Positions 40,781 through 54,986 of a stretch of DNA of 64,000 nucleotides are shown one piece after another; the first letter of the stretch is position 1; each line of letters starts with the position of its first letter. The stretch is from Felis catus (Eukaryota): positions 9,364,001 through 9,428,000 of the forward strand of contig NC_058369.1 of NCBI RefSeq assembly GCF_018350175.1. Direction: 5' to 3'. A program made the translations under genes and the position numbers. A model generated the notes under the pieces. It was given only the letters and a program-made list of their open reading frames with translations, was not told where the DNA came from and ran no database searches.

Positions 40781-41192
40781 GCTAGGGGGTGACCAACTGC
40801 ATTTAGAAAAGAAAAGCTACGCCATCAGTGGAAGAGCCCGTGACGCAGGCAGAGACGGGATTTGGATTCTGGAAAACTTCACGTCGGTTGTCTATTTGCG
40901 CGTCTGGGTGCTGCCTCCCTCGCAAAAGGTACGCCTGACTGTGGATTGTGGTTAGAACGGCTGGGACACCACGGACTTGGCCCGGTCCGGATCTCAGTTT
41001 CCTTAAACTGGATGGTAATCGCCCCCCCCCCCGCCCCCCAGTTTGGATCGCTCTGAGGAATGACGGCAGGTGCATGCCCCTGGCAAGGGCTGGGTCTCCT
41101 TGCTCTTACCTGGCAGACGCAGGAATGACTAACAAGGGTCTGTGGGCACTGGAGGGATGCTCAAGCTGCCGCTGGGGTTGGGGAGATCATCA

Positions 41193-41378
<186 letters not shown>

Positions 41379-41649
41379 TCAGCGGGCAGGGGGGGAGCTG
41401 GGGAGGCGGCTCTGTGACTGTCCCGTCCTGGGGCAGGCGAGACCTGGACACTGGGCTTCCCGACATGCTGTTGGAGGCGACCCAGGCCCCCCCCCCGGCC
41501 AGCTGTTCCTGGGCTGGGCTAATCTTTTCACATCCAAACACGCACTTTCTTGAGTCCCACCTTAGCATCCCAGATCCCAGGACTGCCTGCTTGATGCGGC
41601 TCCGGATGGAATGCAGGAGGAGATCTGTGGCATCCCCTCTGCGGGATTT

Positions 41650-41879
41650 TCTTTCTTTTTTTTTTTTTTTTTTTTTCAGATCTTTTATGTATTTATTTTG
41701 AGAGAGAGAGCAACAGCACAAGAACAGGGGAAGGGCAGAGAGAGAGAGTGAGGGAGAGAGAGAATCCCAAGCACGGTTAGGGCAGAGCCCGATGTGGGGC
41801 TTGAACCCACGAACCGTGTGATCATGACCTGTGCCGAAACCAAGAGTACGAGGCTTAACCCACTGAGCCGCCCAGGCGC
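41650..41879 (-). mobile_element. Can-SINE
   Basis: SINE body in reverse. Confidence 0.88.
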
Positions 41880-42117
41880 AGCGCCCCCCCCTTTTTAATC
41901 CTTAGCTGTGCACTCCCATGAGACTGCCCCCCAGAACACTTCCAGCACCCCCAAAAGTTTCCTTGCACCCTTTCCCAGTCAGTAACCTGCCCCAGAAATA
42001 ACTGCTACTCTAAGACTTCCTTATGAGGTCTTCTTGCCCACACTATTTAATTACATTCAAATTTATAACCTTCAGCCCTGAGGACCAGGTTACAGGAGAC
42101 ACGGCAGGTGGGAGAAG

Positions 42118-42995
42118 TCACAGTACTAAGCATCTGACTTTGACTCAGGTCACTACCTCATGATTTGTGGGTTCAAGCCCCGCGTCGGGCTCTGTGCTGA
42201 CAGCTCAGAGCCTGGAGCCTGCTTCGGATTCTGTGTCTCCCTCTCTCTCTGTGCACCCCCGCATTTGTACTCTGTCTTTCTCCCTCTCTCTTAAAAATAA
42301 GCATGAACAAATTAATAAAAAATAAAAGACAACAACCAGAGGCCATGTGTAGCCCTTTGGATCTTGGCTCAGAGAACAACCCATACTGTAAAAGATACTT
42401 TGGGGACAATTCAATACGTATCTTAGAGAAATCTTGTCAAGCATTAAGAATATATATAAAAAAAAAAGAATATATAGGAAAATTTCTTATTGTTTTTTTT
42501 TTTTTATTTCTTAGAAATACATACCGAAGAATTTAAGGTCAAAATATTGTGGTATGTTTAAAATAATTGGGGCGCCTGGGTGGCTCAGTCGGGTTAAGTG
42601 TCCAACTTCGGCTCAGGTCACGATCTCACGGCTCGTGGGTTCGAGCCCCGTGTCAGGCTCTGTGCTGACAGCTCAGAGCCTGGAACCTGTTTCAGATTCT
42701 GTGTCTCCCTCTCTCTCTGCCCCTCCCCTGCTTGCACTCTGCCTCTCTCTCAAAAATAAATAAGCATTAAAATAATTTTTAAAAATCGACGAAATTGGGG
42801 CGCCTGGGTGGCTCAGTTGGTTGAGCGTTGGACTTTGGCTCAGGTCATGATCTCGGGGTATGTGAGTTCGAGCCCCTGGTCGCTCTGTGCTCACAGGGCA
42901 GAGCCTGCTTCAGATCCTCTGTCTCCCTCTCTCTGCCCCTCCTCTGTTCACGTGTGCAAGTGCCCTCTCTCTCTCTCTCTCAAAATAAATAATCA
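42118..42995 (+). mobile_element. Three Can-SINEs on the + strand (42118-42325 truncated, 42569-42785, 42797-42995)
   Basis: SINE heads and tails visible. Confidence 0.88.
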
Positions 42996-42999
42996 TTGA

Positions 43000-43390
43000 A
43001 AAAATAGATGAAATGTCCAGAATAGATAGATCCACAGAGACAGAACGCAGATTGGCAGTTGCTGGAGGCTGGGGGAGGGGGATGGGGGGCGGTGACTGCT
43101 CACGGGGACGGGTCCTCCTTTTGGGGTGATGAAAATGTTCTGGAAGTAGGGACAGGTGATGGTTGCACAGGGTGGTGACTGTACAAAACTGCCCCTGAAT
43201 TGCACACTTTGAAATGGTTAATTTTTTTTTTTTTTTTTTAAGGAGGCTCCATGCTGGACACGGAAGCCCACCTTGGGGCTTTAACTCCCAACCCTGAGTT
43301 GAGGTCAAGAGTCAGATGCTTGACCGACTGAGCCCCCCAGGTGCGCTTGAACTGGTTAATTTTATATTATGTGAATTTCACCTCACAACA
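43000..43390 (+). mobile_element. L1MB-like 3' end with a nested partial minus-strand SINE (43222-43346)
   Basis: atgaaatgtccagaatag...tatgtgaatttcacctca. Confidence 0.7.
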
Positions 43391-43406
43391 ACGACAGTCA
43401 CAAGAG

Positions 43407-43412
<6 letters not shown>

Positions 43413-43448
<36 letters not shown>
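43413..43448. repeat. (GA)n microsatellite
   Basis: Direct read. Confidence 0.9.
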
Positions 43449-43449
<1 letters not shown>

Positions 43450-43912
43450 AGATGAAGCCAACACAAGAGCGTGTTCCAAATGGGCACCTCTGGGTGACGG
43501 AGACCGGGTATTCAGGGACCCGCAGCAATCCCGGGGATTGCTGCATCCGGGGGATGCTGATTAGAATTTCAGAATCCTGGCCTCGCCCCGGATCTGCTGG
43601 CCGAGAATCCACATTTTACCAGGATCCCTAGATGATCCGTGAACGCGCAGCAGCTCGAGAAGTGCCGTGCTGTACTATTCCTTTCTGTCTGTTGGGAACC
43701 GTTTAAGGATTAGAACGATGGAAAGAGAAAAGAGCTTGCTTGCGGAGAAGCGTTTCAAGCGAACGCCGGCACTCCTTTTTCGCCAATTCAGAAGTTGGCA
43801 GCTTAGGGACCGCGTGTTTTCAAAGTGCCGAGACATGTGCCCGTGTCTTTGCCTGGACTTCCTCATTCAATCCTCACCCCCGCTCGAGGTCGGGAGGAAG
43901 GTGCCGTTATTA

Positions 43913-44710
<798 letters not shown>

Positions 44711-45373
44711 TCAGCCGAGCCTGCCCCCAGCCAGGATTCCTCACGCCCGCTGGGTCTTCTCGCCTGCTTCCTCCTGCCAACACCCGCGGTTCCCTAAGAA
44801 GTCGTCATCTGCCCACGTGGGACGCCATCAGCAACCCTACTTTGCAGGCTCAGAGAGGCTGAGTCACTTGCCTGAGGCAGCACAGCTGCCAAGCGGGCCA
44901 AACCCGAACCTAACTGTTCTTTCCTACTGAGCTCTTTGCTTCGTTTCCTCCTTCCCTTCGAAGGACGGAGGGATAATGGCCATTCAGTGTGAGGGGTCAA
45001 CAGAGCAGAGGAAGGATGCATTCCCGGGTCCTCCACCTGGCTGAGCTCGGACGGTTCTAGAAGAGCCAAGGGCCACATCTGCGCTCTCTCGGGAGGACTG
45101 GAGTTTCACTCACAAATATGCACCACCCTGCCCTCAGGGAGATTATGCTTCACCACCCCACGGACATCAGACACAGATGTGTGACTTCCTCTGGCCAGTG
45201 AGATGTGGATGGGTGGATGGAAGGGTCGCTTCCGGGCACAGATCCCCCCCCCCCCGAAAGTGCACAGTGGTTTGCCATTATCTCTTCTTGATCTGAAGTG
45301 TCTCGGAGAGCAACCAGTATAAAGGTAACGTGGACCAGAGCCGCCTGGACGTGCGGGGCTGGGCAAGAAATCA

Positions 45374-45928
<555 letters not shown>

Positions 45929-47122
45929 TTAAGAGAAAGCAGCGACAAGATGGAAATGGTCGCTACTTTCCGACCCCGATTCCTGCGGTGATTTTACGAA
46001 GCCAGGAGAGTTCCCTCCTCCTTCGTCTGGGCGGGAGTGTGGACAACGCTCTCAGTTACCTCTCCCACCGCGTCCGGAGGGCTGTCAGGGGCTAGAAATG
46101 ATTTTACCTATGTCCTTGGCAACCCTCTCAGGGAGGTTATTACCGGCCCCGTGTTGCAAATGAGGAAACTGAGGTTTGGCAGTTTAAAGTGGCCTGCCGA
46201 AGTTCACCCACTAAGGCCTGGCCAAGTTGGGATGGGAAACCAGGCTGGTGGGGATGGATGGGAGGGTGTATGGGAGTCATGGAGGCACACACCTAAGTGC
46301 GTGTGTGCTGGGTAGGGGGGGGCATTTAAGCACAGGTGGTGGTGCTGGGAAGGTGTAGTGGGGATGAACATGGGAGTGTGTGTCTGCAGAGCTGCTCTGA
46401 ACAGCTGCACAGGTTATGCACTGCTCAAGGGCTCTGTGTCTCAGGGGTGCCATTCGTACTGGAGACACGATAGATTTGTGCATTTATGAGGACAACTTTT
46501 TGGCAGGTGGCCACGAAGTACCTTATTTGAACAAAATCATTCGGTACATTCCGACAACATTCTGACAGATGGAAGTGAAGTCTGTTGAGGAAGCGCTGCC
46601 GAAAAAATTTGCCCAAAGGTGCCGTATGGGCTAGCACTGGCCCCGTGTGCGTGGGTCCGGCCCTGGACTTGCACAATTCAGCCTCACCACAACCCTGACT
46701 GGCCCTGTCTGGGTGAGGAACGGTCCCGTGGTCAAAGGGACTTGGAAAATGCCACGTCCAGGCCTTGTCCTTGGAGATCTGTGCTCACCAGCACAGAAAG
46801 GGTTAAGAGGACGTGACTGCCCGCGTCCATGGAGCCCTTCTGCAAATTAGAAACCGCACCCCATCTGGGAGGGTGCAGGGCCCTGACTCTTAGGGTTCGG
46901 CGAACTGCACGGAGGGAGGCCTGCGTTTCGGCCCCAAACGAGCCCAGGCTGCTGTTCTGGTGACGGGGCCCCTCGTGCACCCGGCGGGGTCTCCACCTCG
47001 GGAAGCCGGGAGCAAACCCCTCCCGGTCCAGGCCTTTCTCAGCGCTGGGCTCTCAGGCCCTTCCCCATCCTGCTCCCCGGGGGCCCCCGACTCCCCCGTG
47101 GCGCTGGCTGGTGGGCCACTTA

Positions 47123-47287
<165 letters not shown>

Positions 47288-47734
47288 TCAACGGAGGAAG
47301 GGGACCCTCATCCTTGGTGACCAGAGGTAAGAGGACAAGGAGGCCCACCAGCCCACACGGCATCCCTCAGCCCAGGGAGTGGAAGCCCCCCGTGCGGCTC
47401 TCTGATGGACGTGCGCACCCCCTCGGAGGTCGTCAGATGAGGCCACGGCCCCTGCTCCCAGCGGGAGAGCTGACTCAGGACCCAGCACTGTCTTCCAACA
47501 TGAACACTTCCAGTCCTGCGGGGGGGAGCCTCAGGCTTGGGGGTGCTGAGAGCAGGGAGAGAGACAGGAACTTTTCTGGGCAGCGATACAAGGCTCAGCC
47601 CCAGACCCGTGGCCGAATGGAGTCCTTCCAACGTCAGGAAGCCTCCAAGATAACGACAGGCTGCCCGTGACATTTTACACGGCGACAGCATGTACTGGAC
47701 ACGTCGGTAAGGGCCCAGCGATTTCCATCACGAG

Positions 47735-47942
47735 GGGGCGCCCGGGTGGCTCAGTCAGTCAAGCGTCTGACTTCAGCTCAGGTCATGATCTCGCGGTTCA
47801 TGAGTCTGAGCCCCGCGTCGGGCTCTCTGCTCTCAAGGCAGAGCCTGCTTCACTCAGCTCCTCTGTCTCCCTCTCTTTACTCCTCCTCCACCCTCTCTCT
47901 CTGTCTCTCAGAAATAAATAAACATAAACAAAATTAAAAAAG
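47735..47942 (+). mobile_element. Can-SINE with TSD atttccatca
   Basis: Full SINE plus TSD. Confidence 0.9.
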
Positions 47943-48059
47943 AATTTCCATCATGAAGATGACCCAAAGACAGGCGGGCCGGGACTCCAGGCCCGCAAGT
48001 TCTCGTCCACAACTCCCAAGTCTAGAAAGTTCTGAAAGCCAAATATCTTCCTTTTAACT

Positions 48060-48720
48060 CAGGGGGTGAACGTTATGGCTCGCAGACCGAATCTGCACCT
48101 GTTTCTGTACGGCCCACAAACTAGGAACGGTTTTCTACGTTTCCAAGTGGTTGAAAGCAAATCGAAAGAGTGCATTCGTGACAGATGAAACTTACACCGA
48201 CATTCAAGTTTTCGTTTCTAGAAATAAAATTTTAGGGGAGCCTGGCTGGCCCAGACGGAAGAGCATGTGACTCTTGATCTCAGGGCTGTGACTGAGTTCA
48301 AACCCCACACTGGGTGTAGAGATTACTAAAAAATAAATCAATAAAAAATATAGAAATAAAATTTTATTGGAACCTTTGTTTATGTGTTGTCTGGCTGCTC
48401 TGTGTCATTTTTTTAATGTGTATTTATTTTTTAGAGAGAAGGGGGGGGGACGAGGACAGAGACAGAGTGTGAGTGGGGGAGGGGCAGAGAGAGAGGGAGA
48501 CACAGAATCTGAAACAAGGCTCCAGGCTCTGAGCTGTCAGCACAGAGCCTGACGCGGGACTCGAACCTACGAACCGCGAGATCATGACCCCAGCTGAAGG
48601 TGGACGCTTAATCGACTGAGCCACCCAGGCGCCCTTGGCTGCCCTGTGTCAGGATGGGAGCTGCAGCTGAGACCATGGACTCCATAAAGGCAGAAGTGAC
48701 GCGCCATCTGGCCCTTGGCG
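48060..48720. mobile_element. MER58-like fragment interrupted by SINEs (48236-48350 +, 48408-48634 -)
   Basis: MER58-like ends with two tRNA-derived SINEs inside. Confidence 0.65.
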
Positions 48721-49146
48721 GACAAAGTCCGTCCACCTCTGATCTAATTCGTTTGGTGACAAAACCTGACCCCCTGGACCTGAAGCCCTTTATACTTGCT
48801 TTTCGTCCCATTTGCTGCAAACAGTCACGTGACCCCCCGCCCAAAAAAAAAAAAAAGTTTGATTACAGGGATGCCTTAGAGCCAGCGGAGGGAGTCACGT
48901 CCTGCGTGGAACACGCGGTACACGATCTTTCTCAAACAACTGCAAACTATTCTGAATTTTGAAACACATCTGCCCGTAAAGGTTTTCAAACAAGGGACGG
49001 GGACGCGTGTCAATATCCCCCAGGTCGATCCCACGTGGCGACTGAATGAAGAGTTAAGCAGCCAGCTTAGGGCGCATCCTACCTAGAGCTCCAACCCCGA
49101 CGCTTGTCCGCCCTACCCCAGACCCCAGCGGGCGGCCCCTGGCTCA

Positions 49147-49551
<405 letters not shown>

Positions 49552-49959
49552 TCACCGACCAGGCCTCAGGCCCAGTCACGCGGTTAAGGCCCTGCGGCTC
49601 TGGGAGGTAGGTGCTGGGGCTGCACTCAGTCCTGGCTTTCCGTGCATCAAATCCCCGCCCCCGCCGTTTTCAACTCCCGGGAAACCGGGCGCTTCTCTGA
49701 GCCTAAGACAAGCTCACAGCTCCTCAGGGCAGGAGGAACGGGCAGACGAGGAATTTCCTGCTAATTCTGTGTCCCTGCTTCACTCGTGGCCCCTTTTCCC
49801 ATCCCCTGGAGCTGCGCTCACTCCCTTTGGACCGCTGAGCAGTAGGGGGCGCTCTGCGGGTGAGAGCCGACTTCACGTGCCCCGGAGATCCTGCCCTGGG
49901 TGACCTGGAACCCTCTCACCATCTGCCCAAGAAGGCAGGGGTCCAGGCCCGGAATTTGA

Positions 49960-51308
49960 TTAATTAAATATTATTTTTCAGAGGGAGAGAGACAGAGTGA
50001 GAGCGGGGGAGGGGCAGAGAGCGAGGGAGACACAGAATCCGAAGAGGGCTCCGGGCTCCGAGCTGTCAGCACAGAGGTGGACGCAGGGCTTGGACCCACG
50101 AACCGTGAGATCATGACCTGAGCCGAAGTCGGACGCTTAGCTGACTGAGCCACCCAGGTGCCCCTCATGGGGGCTCTTAAAGGGGGCCGTGACCCAGGAA
50201 AGGGTGAAGATCCGCAGAACTGAATGCTGCTGGGCCTCTCCGTATTTCAATGCAAGCAAGCTTTCATGTCCAAAGGGCGGGGGCGCCTGGGTGGCTTAGT
50301 CGGTTAAGCGCCGACTTCGGCTCAGGTCATGATCTCGCGGTCCGTGAGTTCGAGCCCCACGTCGGGCTCTGTGCTCACAGCTCAGAGCCTGGAGCCTGTT
50401 TCAGATTCTGTGTCTCCCTCTCTCTGACCCTCCCCCGTTCATGCTCTGTCTCTCTGTCTCAAAAATAAATAAACGTTAAAAAAAAATTTTAAAAAAACAA
50501 AGGGCGGCCACCTATTGGCTAGCAATAGTGCCAAAGTCCTGGTGACAGGGGGCATTTCCTTAGGGCCTGCAGGAGCCCGACACTAAATAGTGCTGAATCG
50601 CACGGCAACGAACTTAATCACTTTCCACGTCTTCAATCCTCTCCAGCGAGCCATAAGATCTTGCTTAATTGCTACTGTTAACACCTAACCCTGATACTTT
50701 TCCTTTTCAGCCGGTGTTCAAAGTCCTTTCCAGGCAATCTTTTTGGCCGGATCTTATTTATTTATTTTGGGAGAGCGCGCCTGCACGAGCAGGGGAGGGG
50801 CAGAGAGAGGGAGAAAGAATCCCGAGCACGCTCCACAATGTCAGCGCAGAGCCTGATGCGGGGCTCAGTGTCACGAACCGTGAGATCATGTGTGACCTGA
50901 GCTGAGATCAAGAGTCGGATGCTTAACCGACTGAGCCACCCAGGCACCCCTTTTAGGCTAGATTTTAAGAACAGTATCTTGTCTTTTGGGAACATGTTTA
51001 GTTTTATCTTCTGTTGGGTTCTTTCTGCTCTTCCCGCTTGAGAACCTTGACGCAGAATTTCTTTTTAAAATACGTTCACAGGGGCGCCTGGGTGGCGCAG
51101 TCGGTTAAGCGTCCGACTTCAGCTCAGGTCACGATCTCGCGGTCCGTGAGTTCGAGCCCCGCGTCGGGCTCTGGGCTGATGGCTCAGGGCCTGGAGCCTG
51201 CTTCCGATTCTGTGTCTCCTTCTCTCTCTGCCCCTCCCCCGTTCATGCTCTGTCTCTCTCTGTCTCAAAAATAAAATAAAAAGTCGAAAAAAAAATTAAA
51301 AAAAAAAA
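49960..51308. mobile_element. Cluster of four Can-SINEs in alternating orientation (49960-50164 -, 50279-50500 +, 50755-50950 -, 51081-51308 +)
   Basis: Near-consensus felid SINEC copies; TSD caaagggcgg around the second. Confidence 0.92.
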
Positions 51309-51749
51309 GTGATCGATGAAATAAACATGAAGAGAGGATACAGGTGGTCTTCAGGTGGAACACCAACTGAAAAGATGCGTTTGAATGACTAGGTTTCATT
51401 TCCTTTTTCTTTTCTCCTGAATGACAAGCTCTGGGAAATACTGGTTCACACTGCTGAGGAACAGGAGATACTCGAACCTAGAACTGGTAGGTGAAAAGTC
51501 AAAAGCTACGTGGGACCAGAAACCTAGTTTCTTGCTTCCCACATTAGGGTTGTGCCCGACTGTTACCCATCCGACAGCTTCGTGGGAATTAGGAAAGGGG
51601 ACCCTGACCTCAAGACGCTTCATCTAATGGAAAATTGTCATAATACACAGATTCTGTCAGGTCAACGCACTTTACTGCCATCTGCTGGAAAGCTGTAATA
51701 ATAAATACATCCATCTACGATGGATGTGATGTTACCAGCACCCCTTTCA

Positions 51750-52112
<363 letters not shown>

Positions 52113-53431
52113 TCAAGAGGTAGCCAGCAGACGGCCTTCTGTGGTCCTGGTCTCAGGACTTCCCAGCTCCCCCCCCCCCACCCGCTCCCTGTCTCCCTCT
52201 CCTTCCACTTTTTCCACACACAGCGGTTCAAAGCCAATGACCATGTCACTCTCCTTCTCAGAATCCTTCTGGAGAAATCTGAATGCCTAGAACCTCAAGC
52301 TTTTGGCTCGGCATTCAAGGCTCTTCAAAACCCAGCCCAACTTACCTTGCCTTTGCATTCCCATCGACTGCTGCTACACACCCCAAGCCCCAGCCAGACT
52401 CTTTGCCTTTGTTTTTGCACCTACTGTCCCTGCTGCTAGAAATGCCCTTCTGCCACCTGTCCGTTCCCAGGACTCTGCAGCCTTCGCAGCCAAGTTAAGT
52501 GGCCCCTTCATCCGACAGCCTCCCCTGACTGCCTGCGGGTGCTACCAGTCCCTTTTGAAACCCAAAGTCACCGTTATCTCACGGCCGTGCCCCTGAAATA
52601 CGAGATGCACGTCGAGAGAGCCACCGAGATCATCTGAAGCAGGACAGGGACACAATTTGGATCGCACGGGGAAACGGCTATTTCTTCCCCAAGCGTCTTT
52701 CAGGCCTTTTGCTTTGGGAAGAGCGGAAGTCTCCGTACTAGAACATCAAGCAAGGGGGCATCTAGGTCGTAAGCGGGACCGGCTAAAATCCTGAAGTGCC
52801 GAAGGCCTGACATTTGGAAGCAGGACTCCCGTGGGCAGATCCACTCCTCGGAAAGTGACTCCCCAGCCATCAGGGGGCCCTCTCTCCCAGAAGGCGCTGT
52901 GTGCCCTCTGGCCAGGCTGAGAAACAATCTTGTTTACGGAGGCACTGAGGAGTGTTCCTGGCGGGTTGGATCCTGAGCATGCAGGAGTGGCTTGATCAAG
53001 GCGCTCTCACAGAAAACCACCCGCTTTTTGAACCACTTTGCTGAGAGTGTAGATGTTCGTTCTCCCTTCTCCCACCCTTCTCCCATCTCGGGGTCTGGAC
53101 ACGCTTACTCCTTCGGGAATCACCTCCCCGTGCTTGTCTGCCTGGCTGAAGGGAGCCCCTGGGGAGGCCCCCCCCCCTCACGTCCCTTCTAATCCCTGCC
53201 AAGAACCAGACTAATGGTGGGTTGCAATGGGAAGCAGTTGCCAAGACCCCTGAGGGCTCCCCTCCCTGGGGAGAGACCGAGGGGGGGGCTCTGGTCACTG
53301 CAAAAAACAGGACAGCGGCAAGGACACGAGGCCGTGGAAAGAGGCCCAGAACCAACGTGGCTGCACCAGAGCACGGAGAACGAGAGACAAAATGAACAGA
53401 GAGAGAGAGAGAGACAGAGAGAGAACTTTAC

Positions 53432-53443
53432 CGTGTACTGCTC
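53432..53443 (-). CDS. CACNA1A: CACNA1A alternative microexon 24a (12 nt GAGCAGTACACG, inserts SSTR in the IIIS3-S4 loop)
   Basis: cctcaccag|GAGCAGTACACG|gtaaag; AC+G AGC AGT ACA CG+T GGC = T-S-S-T-R-G in frame with exons 24 and 25; agrees with my recollection of the CaV2.1 e24a peptide. Confidence 0.85.
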
Positions 53444-54949
53444 CTGGTGAGGTGGCGTTGGTGGGAGAGACAGATCGTAAGCGGCCTCAGAAGAGAGAAC
53501 ACAGAGCACACACATACACGCACGCGCACCTGAGCGCCCCCTGCCCCACCCGGGCACTGGGTTGGGGCGGGGGCGGCAGCCTCAGGCTTGCGGCTCTGGC
53601 CGACGTCCATCCTTCCATCTGGAAGCCCCTGTTCGGCCCCCTGCCCTCGGCAGGCTCCCAGCACTGCCCAACCGCACCGAGAAAGCCAAATTTCCAAGCA
53701 GCTGGACAGCCAGGGAGTCGTCCACTGCCGCAGGCGAATGCGCCCCTGAAGGTCACTGCCAAGAGCCGGAGAAAGAAAGCCCTTTCCTCCAGAGGTCCCG
53801 GGGCCGGGAGGTTTTAGAACGGCTTGCCGGTTGGGAGCTTTGGCGTCGGGAGCACCAGGGTTTGGACCCCAGCTCTGCCTCTAAGGACCGTCCTCATCTG
53901 CAAAACAGACCCGGGGGATTCTGGTGCCTGACACACAATAGCCACGGCCTTGCCTGGACCCCCTACGTGACGAGGGACAGGGAGGTCGGTGGAGGGTTCC
54001 GATGTGGGCTGTGGGTAGAGCCGGCTCTCAGGAGTCCCGAGAAAACGCGAGCCTAGAAGAAGCCACCTTCGCACAACTCCTCTTTGGCCTCAGGCTTGGC
54101 CTCAGTAGGACCCTCCGACCATGGCGGGAGGTCGAGGCCGAGAGACCCGACTGCGGCAGCGGATGGAAGCCTTGCCGCCGGGCGAGCACTGTCCGGGATC
54201 CCCCTCCCGCTGCCCCTCTCGAAGTTGGTGGTGTTTCTAACAACAGAACGGCTTAAATGCCTACGAATATTCCCGATGGGGTTTTTCCTCCCCCGCCCCC
54301 CCTTTTTATTCTATCTCAGGAGTTCTCAAAGCTCAGCGTATCTAGGAATCGCTGCGCACATAGAATCGTGTCGCTTCTCCTTCGTGGACGGCTGACAGAT
54401 CTTTCAAGGACAGTGACTCCTGCCTAACCCGCTGCCTAACATGGGAGTCTTCTGAAGGTCCCCGTGCCTGTGGGAAGGTGGCACCGTTATGTCTGTTTTC
54501 CAGATGAGGAAGCTGAGGCCCAGAGCGGGGGAGCGACCTGCCCAAGGTCACCCAGCGAGATTCAAGCCCCGGTTCGTGTATCTCGGGCTCAAATCTTCTC
54601 TCCGTTTTAGCGAACACAAGAAAAATGATGCCTTCGGTGCAGGGGCTGTTTTGAGGGTAGGATAAGAAAGGTGGCAGCCTGAGGGCTCCTTCTTTGCCTT
54701 CCCGAGCCTGCAGGCGTGGCTTGATCAAGGCGCTCTGCCAGCTGTGCCGGCCTGCCCTGAGGGAGGAGGGGCGGCGCCAGATGGACTCTTGGCAGTGAGG
54801 GCAGGATCGTGATCCGCCAGCTGCTGAGAAGTGTCAGGTGGCCGCCCCGATGCATGGGCACAGAGCATGATATCATGTGTGATGGCTCATGAGATGCTGT
54901 GTTAATGGCGGTCACGTGGACACGGCACGCAGTCCATAGAAGGAGCAGG

Positions 54950-54952
<3 letters not shown>

Positions 54953-54984
<32 letters not shown>
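54953..54984. repeat. (CA)n microsatellite
   Basis: Direct read. Confidence 0.95.

Positions 54985-54986
<2 letters not shown>

Noticed and set aside
42569..42650. tRNA-like A/B-box sequences (also at other SINE heads)
   Set aside because: These are tRNA-derived heads of Can-SINEs, not tRNA genes.
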